Source of the DNA: Naegleria gruberi
Taxonomy: Eukaryota
Direction: 5' to 3' (one strand)
Length of the DNA stretch: 64,000 nt
NCBI GenBank assembly: GCA_000004985.1
Contig: GG738909.1
Shown: positions 43,028 through 53,580 of the stretch, one piece after another
Layout of the letters: every line of letters starts with the position of its first letter
Position numbering within the stretch: position 1 is the stretch's first letter
The notes under the pieces: generated by a model
The model's input: the letters and a program-made list of their open reading frames with translations, nothing else
What the model was told of the DNA's origin: nothing
The model's database searches: none
Position numbers and translations under genes: made by a program

Positions 43028-45293
43028 TTAATATTTAACCTTCTTATTTGGAGGTGCTAATTGGTTATTTCTTTGAGGAGGATCATGGTGATGCCTATTG
43101 TCACGATGATAATTATTGGAATGACCTGAACCAGTTGAGCCATGATGTGAGCTACTAGAGTGGTGATGTGATGATTGGTGATGGTGGTGACTATTATGAT
43201 GTGAGCTACCATTATGGTGAGAGGAGCTAGTGTTCGAATGATGACTGCTATGGTGTGACGATTGATGATGGTGAGAGGGATTATAGGAATGTCTGTTACC
43301 ATTACTACTACCAAATGGTGGATGAGAGGATGATGTAGATGAAACACCATAGCTCTGATTAATATTGTGTGGCAACTGTTGGACACTGGTAGAACCTGGT
43401 AATTGATGTGAAGGTGCATTTGGTTTGTTATCACCCTTCTTTCTTGTAAGGAATTCATTAGTAGCTGTTGAAGGAAGATTTTTGAGTTTGATATTGGTTG
43501 TGGAACCCTTTTCCCAGAACCAGTCGTGATTTAAGCATTCATTGGTTGTTAATCGTTTGGCAGGATTAAGCACAAGAAGCTTATCAAGTAAATCTAAAAC
43601 CTTCTTTGAGCATGATTTCAAGTTTGCAAATCTTTCCAAGAGTCTTCTCTTCTTTGATTCTTTTGGTTTAAGAGCATTCCAATGAGCAAGATTTTCAACC
43701 TCAGCCCATTCTTCCGTTGAAGGAGTACCACACCATTCAAATATCTTTTCAAGCTGATTCACATCATCTGAACCAGGAAAGAGTGCTTTTGGTTCCTTTT
43801 CACCAGCAAAAGGTAAAAGCATTTCACCAAGAATACATCCCACTGACCACATATCAACAGCATAATCATAAGTTGTTGCTCCTAACAGTAATTCAGGTGG
43901 ACGATACCAACGAGTTACAACTCTATTAGTATATTCTTGTTTGTTTTTCTGTGCAATTCTTGATAAACCACTAACAAGTGTCATTGGTCATTGTTTAAAT
44001 GGTAAGGTGTTGAGCGGCAGGAAATAGGAGAGTATGATTTAAAAAAAATAATTGTTGGTTGAAATGGTTCAAACAATATGGATTTGATATTGTTATAATT
44101 AAAAATTGAAATTCAAACTTACAAATCGGCAAGCTTCAAAGTACCATCCTTCTTGATGAGAACATTTGATGCCTTTAAATCTCTGTGCATAATATCTCGA
44201 GAATGGCAGCAATGAAGAGCATTTAGGAGTTGATACATGATAGAACGAAGTTCGTCTTCATCGAATCTGTGTCCTTTAGCATTCAATCCTGCCAAATCAT
44301 GATCCACGTATTCAAAAACCAGGAAGAAGGTACCTTTTGAATTCCACGTAACATCAAGCAATTTTACAATGTTTTTATGTTCAATTTCCTTCAAAATTCT
44401 AATTTCACGAATGGATGTGATTGGAAAACCTTCCTTCTCTCTTTGTGGATCAATTCTAATCTTTTTAATAGCTACCAAACTGTTATCACGCTTATCAACA
44501 GCTTTGAATACTTCACCATAAGTGCCTTCTCCTACTTTACCTTCACTATTGTAGTAGGTATCAATACTAATGTTATTATAAAGTTAGATGATGATGATAA
44601 AACAGATTGAACAGAAAAACGTTAGCGAACATGTTGAGACAAAAAGAACACTTACTCTTTTTCAATATGTTGAAACCTTTCAGCGAGTGGATTTCTAGGA
44701 GGATTTGGTCTAGTAAAGTTATTGTTGTTAGGTTTAATAGTTGTAGTATTATTATTATTATTTTGTACACGTGTTGTTGTATTATCGGTTGGATGAGGCT
44801 TTTGAGTACCATTTAAAACTACTGGAGGAGGTGGAGGATGAGAAGATGAATCCTTTGTTGTTGTAGTTGTTGTTGTTGGTGGAGGAGGTCTTCTTTCTCC
44901 ATTCTGAGTAGATGATGATGTATTATTTGATGATGATGATGTACTATTGTGATGAGTGGTACTATTATTGCTTCTGTGGTGATGATACGAAGAGTTACTA
45001 CTGCTGCTAGCGTTAGAATTACTGCTAGAAGAATGATGTTTACTAGAGTGATAGTTATTTGTAGAATTACCACCTGATGATGTAGATCCATTTGCAGAGG
45101 AGTTATAGTTATTATAATTACTTCTTCCACCACTGTGTCGTCTCTCTCGGTTATCTACATCGTCTCGAGACCTTCTATCATTATAGTCACCATGATAATT
45201 TCTTCTGGAGTGATTGCTCTCCTTATTGTTGTGATCATCAAAAGTGCTTCTGCCTCTATCCTCTTCCATTTGCAATGATTTGTTATTGTTCAT
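43028..45293 (-). CDS. Cyclin-dependent kinase, CDK11/CDK12-like (PITSIRE), 3 exons (44656..45293, 44123..44566, 43028..43970)
   Basis: ATG at 45291-45293 (MNNNKSLQMEEDRGRS). The N-terminus is Arg/Asp/Ser- and Asn-rich. Exon 1 ends at GTAAGT (44655), followed by an 89-nt intron. Exon 2 carries the G-loop GEGTYGEVFKA, VAIKKI, EGFPITSIREI and HRDLKASN. Exon 2 ends at GTAAGT (44122), followed by a 152-nt intron. Exon 3 starts by completing DFGLSRIA, then WYRPPELLLG. The C-terminus is a His/Ser-rich tail (SSHHNGSSHHNSHHHHQSSHHH). Confidence 0.75.
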
Positions 45294-46659
45294 TTTCTTC
45301 TTTTCCGTCAACAAAAACTGGGTGATAATTTTTGGAGGAAAAAACAGAGGGATGGTTGGGATATTTTTTAAGGCTCTTGTCGCCACGCGTTTTACAATAA
45401 ATGAACGTCTAATTTTAGAGCGGTTTTTATCAAAGGCTGGAAAAAAATACTCAACAACAATTGTGATTCTCGGAATGGTTTAAATAATACATCATCAGGA
45501 AGGTGAAACATCATATTCCCAACAATGATAATGGCACTTTCAATTCCCTTTCATTTAAATGGTTGTTGGTTCTCCTAAAGATGGTTTCCTGGAAAATGTT
45601 TGTAACGAGTGCAATGATATCCACGAAAGATAATAAGTGAGTTGTGACTTATTTCGAACGATGTAATTTATGAAATTTTATCATTTCATCATGATGATTT
45701 TAAATTTATTGTAATGAATTGTGCATTGGTTTCAAAACAGTGGTTCAATGCTATCAACATGTCATCTTTCCGTTAAATGTAAAGGCGAAGGAATAACTGG
45801 TCCATATTACAAAATATTATAATGTGTAACATTTACATGATTGCAAAATTGATTTGTAGTATGGAAATGTGAAAATTTTTATAGAGAAGAGAAATTTGGA
45901 GGATTATTTTGATGGAAAGTGCTTGTTCTTATTCTCAAAGATATGTTACATTACAATCCAGACAAAAGGCCATCTTGTAATCCAAGACATATTAAAAAGT
46001 GTATTTTATTAAGGATATATTCATGGATTGACTACATTATCTCACCAATACTATTTTGAATGATTCATTCAAGAGCTCTATAACAAAACGCTGGGCTATT
46101 TTATCTGAAAAGTTGTGCTTAACCGAAACCAGAAAAGCCCTAATATATTTCAAAGGTTCAAGACACTGAATTGTATCCCATCTGTTTTGGATGTGAAGCA
46201 TCTTCTCTGAAAAGGAAGAAACGTCTTGTCTAATATTATTATCCATTTAAATATTTTGATGAAAGTCTAATTTACTCTGAATTAAGTTCAGTTTATAGAT
46301 TCATTTCTGTATTCAGTCCATTTACTATGGCAGCAATTTTGATTTGAAATTTTAAGGGTTTTCCCAATTCTGTTGAAAACAACCTATCCGTTCTAGTAAT
46401 TTTGATGGGAGAATTACCATGCAATAAGATATTGTTCAATAAATTCATATATTAAAAATTCATCAATTATTAATTTCAAATCAAAACAAAATTCAACCGA
46501 AACAAACAATATTTTATTGAATCACCCAATCAAATAGATAACACAAGCAAAATAAATAATTTTGACCGATTTGCCCACATCAAAAGCGAATATTTTTTAT
46601 TCAATCAAAACGATAACCGCAGACTTTGTAATTTTGCTGAAAAAAAATTCTCAACAACA

Positions 46660-46947
46660 ATGTCTTCATTCAACAAACTCGCTAGAGTCTTCGTCTCCAA
46701 TCTCACTTACACTGCTAAATGGCAAGCTGTTAAGACTCACTTCTCTCAATCTGGTAACGTTACCTTCGTCAAACTCATTGTTGACCAAGCTACTCAAAAG
46801 CCAAAGGGTATGGGTGTTGTTACTTTCGAAAAGCCAGAAGAAGCCGAACACGCCATCAAGACTTTGAACGGAAGCGACTTCGAAGGTAGACAAATCAAAG
46901 TTAGAGAATATGTAGAAAGAGCTCCAAGAACTGAAGAATCACAATAA
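46660..46947 (+). CDS. Small single-RRM RNA-binding protein (95 aa)
   Basis: ATG at 46660. RNP2 RVFVSNL. RNP1 KGMGVVTF. TAA at 46945-46947. Confidence 0.7.
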   Translation: MSSFNKLARVFVSNLTYTAKWQAVKTHFSQSGNVTFVKLIVDQATQKPKGMGVVTFEKPEEAEHAIKTLNGSDFEGRQIKVREYVERAPRTEESQ

Positions 46948-47057
46948 TTAAATTTATAAAATATTAAACTAGGCTCTGTTCATCTTTTTGAATTTGAAAA
47001 TAAATTAATAGACTTTTTTTGATGAATAATATCATTAATAATAATGAAGTAATTTAT

Positions 47058-49499
47058 TTAGCTCCAAACTTCTTTCAAATATCTGCCTTCTGATTGCCAT
47101 TGTTGAACAACTTTCTTTGCTTCTTCTGATGAATAACCACATTCTTCTTCTATAATTTGATGAAGTACTCTGTTAACTTGTGTAGCCATACCTTGAGCAT
47201 CACCACAAACATATAAACAACCCTTCTTCATAATCATAATTTCAGCAATGTTAGATGAATATTCTTTGAGATAATCTTGAACATAGCTGCCTCCATACCA
47301 AACACCTCCTCCAGAGTTTGCTTCTCTACTACAAGCAACAAGTAAATTCAAGTTTACAAAACTTTCAGTTTCAAAATCTCTCAAATCATCACGATATAAA
47401 AAGTCTGATCTAATACTTCTACATCCAAAGAAGAGCCAGTTAGTACCATCAGATTGCTTCTTATCAAGTTGACATTCACGATGTTGCAAGAAAGATCTGA
47501 ATGGAACAACACCAGTACCTGGACCAATCATGATAATTGGAGTATTCAATGATTTTGGAAGTTTGAATGATGGAGATGGTTTGATAAATACTGGAATGTT
47601 GACTTGTTCTTCACTAGACCAGAACTTCTTTGCCTTATTTTGTAACCAGTGAGTACAACATCCAACACGAGTTGTACGGTGTGGAGGTGGAGTTTCGAAT
47701 TTTACAACACTGAAAGCAATATGTACTTCATCAGGGTGTTTGATTGGAGAGGATGAAATTGAGTAGAAACGTGGTTGAAGAGGTGACATTTCTTGTAACA
47801 AGTGATTCAATGGTGGTTTACATGATGGATACCAGCACAAAATGTCATATAGATTAGCTCTTTGCTTTACAATCTGGGTATTATACATATTGGTATCAAA
47901 AGTCAATTTTAACAATGCTGACTTTTCCAAAAAGTTGGTACAGTATTTGGCTAACATTTGGAGCATTGGAATAGTAACAGGTGACATGATATCTACGCGC
48001 TTAGTAAAGATTGTTCTCAATCTAATAGCTTCATCTTCACCAGCCAAGAAATGATTTGGGAATAAACACTTCTTTGATTCATCAATGCACTTGATAGAAA
48101 TCAAGTCATTTTCTCTGAGAGGTTCACTTTGAATTCCCTTCTTTCCATTTGGAACTTCATAGTGTTTCAATGAGCCAATTTCTTTCAACTTTTCCAAGAG
48201 AGCATCAACTTGGTCTTGGTCGTTTTCACAGAAAACACCCAATGAATCACCTGGCTCATATTTGAATGTGGCATCATCACTGATTGGAGCAGAGTTGATA
48301 TCAAATTCCAAGTGGAGAACTTGCTTAGAGGATTCAGTTGTGGTAAGGTAACGAGCACCATGAACGGCTGCAGAGAAAACACTAGGACATTCTGGAGCTT
48401 TCTTTTCGTTTGATTCTTCGTTTGACTCCTCGTCACAAACAGCTTCACAACAGTCTCCATACATACTCTTCAATCTATTGTTGTAATAGGTCATGTTATC
48501 AACTGGTTTGAACTTGTTATCGTTTTCTAAACGAATGATGGTCAAGTATTGATTAGCTGATGATTGAGAAGCAGAAACAAGTGAAGATAGAGCATCTAAT
48601 TGTTGTAATCCCCCAGCAGCAGAAAGCTTTCTAATTGGGGTGACATCCGTTGGCTCAGTATTTCCATTGTGTGAAGATGAAGTAATGGAGGAGCGGCCAG
48701 CACCACTCATATGATTATTATTTGGTAAATTGGATTCTTGCTTTTCTGATACAGGAGAAGGAAGGGTGGTTGGAATTGTAGGATTAACAGGGGTTGGATT
48801 GGATGGTTGAGGGATCCCTTGAGGGATACTTTGAGCACTAGATGGCTCAGAAACAGGTGGTTCAGCAATAGGATTTGCAACAGGAATATTTTCAACAACA
48901 GTAGATGTTGTTTGAGGAGTAGCGAGTGAAGCATAAATCTTTCTTAATGATTGGAATGTTTGTGCAATGAAAGGCTCTACAGCAACTTCTAAACCTACAA
49001 CTTCATCAGCTTCACCTCTATTTGAAAATCTATCAGCTCCCAATTCAGTTAATCTCTTATCAATATTTCTTGCAGCATTACAAAACATATCATAATTACT
49101 ATCACCTAAACCAAGAATAGTGTAGGAGAGATTAGAGAAAAAGTTTGCTGGTGTTGATTTTAACTTGATGAAACGATAAAAGTTATCACCATTTTGTGGG
49201 ACATCACCATTTCCTGTTGTTGAACAAATAATGATCATATTAGCTTTAGAATCCAAAATATGACCATTGGTTGTAGTTGTAGTGTTATCCATAGCTTGCA
49301 AATTATTTGAACTTGGTGATTGTTTTAAAGTTTTAGCACGATCACGAAGCTTAAAATTGACTGAAAATTCGTTTAAAGAGAGGAGTTGGGTATCTTTGGC
49401 AAATTGTTGGTCCACACATTCCTTGAAAATACGGGTTGCAATTGCTTTAGAATTACCAGTCTCCGATCCATAACAAATCAACAAGGGTTGAGATGCCAT
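47058..49499 (-). CDS. Diflavin reductase, methionine-synthase-reductase (MTRR)-like, 813 aa
   Basis: ATG at 49497-49499. Flavodoxin-like FMN domain LLICYGSETGNSKAIATRI. About 130-aa Pro/Ser/Thr-rich hinge. FAD motif RFYSISSSP. NADPH motifs IMIGPGTGVVPFRSF and GCRSIRSDFLYRDDL. A long interdomain hinge is characteristic of MTRR rather than NDOR1/Tah18. Confidence 0.7.
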   Translation of the reverse strand: MASQPLLICYGSETGNSKAIATRIFKECVDQQFAKDTQLLSLNEFSVNFKLRDRAKTLKQSPSSNNLQAMDNTTTTTNGHILDSKANMIIICSTTGNGDVPQNGDNFYRFIKLKSTPANFFSNLSYTILGLGDSNYDMFCNAARNIDKRLTELGADRFSNRGEADEVVGLEVAVEPFIAQTFQSLRKIYASLATPQTTSTVVENIPVANPIAEPPVSEPSSAQSIPQGIPQPSNPTPVNPTIPTTLPSPVSEKQESNLPNNNHMSGAGRSSITSSSHNGNTEPTDVTPIRKLSAAGGLQQLDALSSLVSASQSSANQYLTIIRLENDNKFKPVDNMTYYNNRLKSMYGDCCEAVCDEESNEESNEKKAPECPSVFSAAVHGARYLTTTESSKQVLHLEFDINSAPISDDATFKYEPGDSLGVFCENDQDQVDALLEKLKEIGSLKHYEVPNGKKGIQSEPLRENDLISIKCIDESKKCLFPNHFLAGEDEAIRLRTIFTKRVDIMSPVTIPMLQMLAKYCTNFLEKSALLKLTFDTNMYNTQIVKQRANLYDILCWYPSCKPPLNHLLQEMSPLQPRFYSISSSPIKHPDEVHIAFSVVKFETPPPHRTTRVGCCTHWLQNKAKKFWSSEEQVNIPVFIKPSPSFKLPKSLNTPIIMIGPGTGVVPFRSFLQHRECQLDKKQSDGTNWLFFGCRSIRSDFLYRDDLRDFETESFVNLNLLVACSREANSGGGVWYGGSYVQDYLKEYSSNIAEIMIMKKGCLYVCGDAQGMATQVNRVLHQIIEEECGYSSEEAKKVVQQWQSEGRYLKEVWS

Positions 49500-50358
49500 T
49501 ATTATTATAGTTGATATTTAGATTTTGAAAAAATCCTCTATGATGATGATGCTATTATGAGAGTCAAAATGATGACGTCTTCTTTAGATCGTTTGTTGTT
49601 GTCTTGATGAAAAGGCTAAAAGGCTTTCTTCTATTTTTGCTTTTTTTTCGTACAGTTCGGCATTTAAATTCGCTTTGATACGCATCAAAGATTTCTTGAA
49701 CAATGGACAGCGAAGTGGATTAAAGAATCCATTTACAATTCGCTTGTTACCTGAGAAATTTGAATTGTGTACGTGGCTGTCAACTGTTTACATAATATTT
49801 CAAAAAGAAGTTGTCTGGGTTATGAAGTTTCATTGAGAAGAATAACATGTTGGTCAAACTGCAATAAGTAAAAACAACAAAGATGCTCCATTCTCTCTCA
49901 CTACTAAAAAGGTTGAATATCCAGTTTAAGTTTCCCTCCTTTTGCTCTTAAATTTCATTTAACCTCAAGTTGTAAGGTATGATGGAATACAATAACAGAA
50001 TGCAAATGGATGGCAGTTCAGAATGAATCAGATTCATGCTGATTTTCGTTACAAGTCATTCGACTATTTACTGGAAACAATGATTCTGCAAAATCAATTA
50101 TGTTTGGGTTATTCATTGTATTGTCTCCATCTTCGTAATTTTACAAACTATTGCTTTAGTTCATTGATAGAACTAATATGTTATTAGTAATTGAGAAAGT
50201 CTCAAGACAAGAACTCATACATAAAGAATATTGATTCATAGCAATTATTAAGTATTTAATAAGGCAATTTTTACAAAAATGATATCTACAATTTTTTATT
50301 GGCTTAGTTTTTCTGTTGTAAGGGAAAAGTTAATGGTCAATTAATATTGATCAAAATC

Positions 50359-51050
50359 TCAATTACTTACTTGGATTGGCAAGAAAAGTCTGAACTCATC
50401 TGGAAGATCAGATTCTGAATACAGTCTGTCGGAGAAGTAAATTCTTCTAATTCTACAGTTGGCATGGATTTGAACTCTTAATGTCTCTATATAATTTGTT
50501 CCGTAAGCTCTTCTCGTAAAGTCGGCAAGATTGAACTGAATTTGATTCCAACCTTCATCCAAACGCATTGGCATTGTACAAATAAATGGTTTCACTCTTG
50601 TTGTACTCTGATAGTTCGATGCTCTAAATCTTCTTTTAATATTTTTATCATCCAAAACTTGAACTTCGAAAGTAAAATACTTTTTCAACTAATTATTGTT
50701 GATGTATCCTTATTCATCATCCGATTCTTACTTACATTTTTAATAACCATGACAAGGAAAGGTAATTTGATTCCTAGAGTTTTCTTTGCGCTGGCTGGGC
50801 AAGTAATATATGTTGTGCTAACATTTGTCCCGATAAGTTCAAGAACAGAGGATTGAATATCTTGATCGGTAATACGTTTAATGTGTCCATTCTTTACCTG
50901 TTTGTCCCAAATTTGTAAGGGTTTACTTCTACTCAGGTAAAACAAGAACAATTTGTTGTTGTATTAAAATCATCACCCATTTGCAATTAATACATACCCT
51001 ATTGAATACAATATAGAGAGAAATCCACTTTGAAATGTATTTTTGAACAT
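50359..51050 (-). CDS. CFAP20: CFAP20 / Bug22 (cilia- and flagella-associated protein 20), 3 exons (50998..51050, 50736..50928, 50359..50688)
   Basis: ATG at 51048-51050 ([17 protein letters not shown]). GTATGT donor at 50997 with a 69-nt intron. Exon 2 encodes [27 protein letters not shown]...[16 protein letters not shown] donor at 50735 with a 47-nt intron. Exon 3 encodes [54 protein letters not shown].... The joined 191-aa protein is nearly identical in pattern to the known CFAP20 sequence. Confidence 0.85.
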
Positions 51051-51613
51051 TTTTTTCTATTTTGTTTTTCCCTCAGTAACGAAAATACAGTAGATTTTAG
51101 TTGTAATTTAAAATTTGGCGGGAAGTCAAAAAGAAACGTTAACCACCACAAAATTTACGAAAACCATTGAGTGAAGTCTTACGCTAGAAAATTTACAAAT
51201 AATTGTAAATATTCATTACTCTCTTAATACTTGAGAAGTTTAATTTTAAATATTTCACTTGATTGTGTGTAGGTATTCACACCACTACTTTTCATCTAAA
51301 TGGTGCTTAGTAAATCATCTTCTCTTTCAATGTTGTTTACCTGCTCTAACTGACAAATTCAAAGAAGAGACCAATTGAATTTGGTTTAACCACGACCTCC
51401 ACTAAAACTCCAGATTACACTGCGAATAATCTTTTGAATTCAATTGATTTCTATTACAAAATAAGTGAGAGATGATAATAAAACATTCAAATTTATAATT
51501 TAAATGATTTCAAATTGTTTGAATCGAAATTGTTTCCAACAAACATCCTTGTGTAAATTTCAATATTACCTTCCTTCAATTTGAGAGTGATATTTCTCCA
51601 AGAGTTTAAATTA

Positions 51614-53331
51614 TTAGAGTTGCTTTTCCTTGATGTAGACTTCTGCAAATTTCTCGATAATTCTTTCTTTTGCTAACATGAATTCAGCAGCTTTGGCTGT
51701 TAAAGTTTCCGATTCCTTTCTCTTTCTATATTCATCTATTTAATTATCATCAATTATTTAATTATTTAATAAATATTATCATGCAAATGAACATTTACCA
51801 TCCAATCCAATAAATAAATTATTATTTAATAATCATCACAAGAATTAAAACACGTACAAAATCCAGTTTTTACCATGAAAACTTCCATTGAAAATCCGAC
51901 ACCAAAAAAGAATGGAACAATATACATGACATCATTCATTATTGATTTCTTTCCGATTTGTGCTTTTTGCAAGACAAAACTAACCAAATGAAGTGGCTTT
52001 GCAGAGTAATAAATAATCTTTTCAAGCATTTTTTATAATTTTTGTTTTTTGTTTGGTGATTCATAGGCAGAAGAGGATGCTTCACCTTGATTGGAATTCG
52101 AATTGAGCATGTGATGGAAGGGACATACTCTATTTGAGGAATTTGAATGATGAGTACTCGATGTGCTAATGTTGGAAGATGATGGCTCTGAATTTGCATG
52201 TTCACTACTAAGGGAAGGAGATTCGAAAGTGGCTATGATACAGTCCGTAAGGATAGTGGTTTTGGAAGTACAATGTTTGAGATTGGATTTGAGGAAAGAG
52301 TTTGATTTCCTTCTCGCAAGGTAAAATAAATAATCAAAATTTGAAAGATAATGAGAAATTTCAGTAAAACCTTTTTCAGTCAAAATATTAATTGGTGATT
52401 TTCCAAGCTTTTTGAAATTCCAATAAATATTAAAATATTAAAAACAAACCTTATTTACATAATCTTTTTGAATTCCAGCTTTCAATAATAATTTAACCAT
52501 TTCCAAATTCCCTTTTTTACACGCCTTATGAAGTGCTGTTTCTCCAGACTTTCCAAGTTAGTATCTATGAATTTAAATGGAATACATACCACATCAATTA
52601 AATTTACATTTGCATTCTTTGAGATTAAATACTTTACAATTTCAAGTTTTCCTCCATTTACAGCAAATTGCAAAGCAGAACAATTATACTATTACATGTA
52701 AGAAATAAGTGATCATCAAAATGCATACTTACTCCAAATCTGTCAATTGTGTCGACATTGAAAAACTTCACTTCCACTAATTCTTTCATCTTTTCAAGAT
52801 TTCCGTTTATGGCAGAATCAAAAAAATAGCAAATGTCACCTTGTGGTTGATCAGTATTTCTGTGATCCATTATAATATTTGCATTTGGAAGAGCATTTAC
52901 AGGTGGCCTTTCTTGAATTCCTTTAAGTAGAGATTCATAATTCTTTGGTATTCTTAATGTCCCTTTTGAAAACAATGATTTTGGCTTGTTGTTGGAAGGA
53001 TCAGTAGTGGATGCATGCATTGATGTTACAGATGAAGATGTGGTTGTTGTAGTTGTGTGATGAAAAGGACACTTATTAACTTGCTTCTCTTCCAACACAG
53101 TATTGAAGGATTATCAGAGGCAGCATGGTCATCACTGTTGGAGTTTTGGGATTCTCTGTTAATATTATTGGATACTGGCATCATGGAAGATGCATGCGGG
53201 CAGTATTGAGAGGATTCTCCCCCCACTGCACTCAACTCGCTTACATGAGAGTTTTCCTCCTGTTGTTGTTGCTGATGAAATGGACAAACAGAGAGAGCCT
53301 TCTTCTGTTCTTCCTCTGATGGTTTTTGCAT
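51614..53331 (-). CDS. Ankyrin-repeat protein with three CPFH motifs; structure unresolved (frameshift about 53098, in-frame TAA at 52033..52035 followed by a TM-segment-encoding region)
   Basis: Upstream part: MQKPSEEEQKKALSVCPFHQQ... (ORF 53026..53331). A 1-nt frame change follows into EEKQVNKCPFHHTTTTTT...DICYFFDSAINGNLEKMKELVE (ANK1). Introns follow into ALQFAVNGGKLEIVKYLISKNANVN (ANK2) and GKSGETALHKACKKGNLEMVKLLLKAGIQKDY (ANK3). The C-terminal exon ends ...SNRVCPFHHMLNS...PNKKQKL-TAA at 52033. Exactly 3 nt later, in the same frame, ATG at 52027-52029 opens MLEKIIYYSAKPLHLVSFVLQKAQIGKKSIMNDVMYIVPFFFGVGFSMEVFM. A final exon ends ...TAKAAEFMLAKERIIEKFAEVYIKEKQL-TAA at 51614. Whether this is one gene or two is unresolved. 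Confidence 0.4.
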
Positions 53332-53580
53332 GTTTAAATTGAATAAAAATTAGTCGCACTATTCTCTACTAACAAAGCTATAACAAAACAAATATTCGAA
53401 TATTCAAAATTTTGGGAGAGAGATAATAATGACGTATGGTATTTTTTTTTGTTTTGAAATAAGCGAGGAGTTATTCAGTTAATCGAGGACAAAACAGAAT
53501 AACTGAATTCACTGTTTTGTCCTCCATTTACTACGAAGGTTGTGATTTGTGAAGGAAAGAATGTGTTTGTTCTAGAGACC

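Noticed and set aside
43057-45133. His/Ile/Val-rich antisense and alternate-frame ORFs (43057..43458, 44819..45133) inside the CDK gene
   Set aside because: They are alternative-frame readings of the His/Ser-rich and Asn/Ser-rich low-complexity tails of the CDK. The kinase frame is the only one with domain content.
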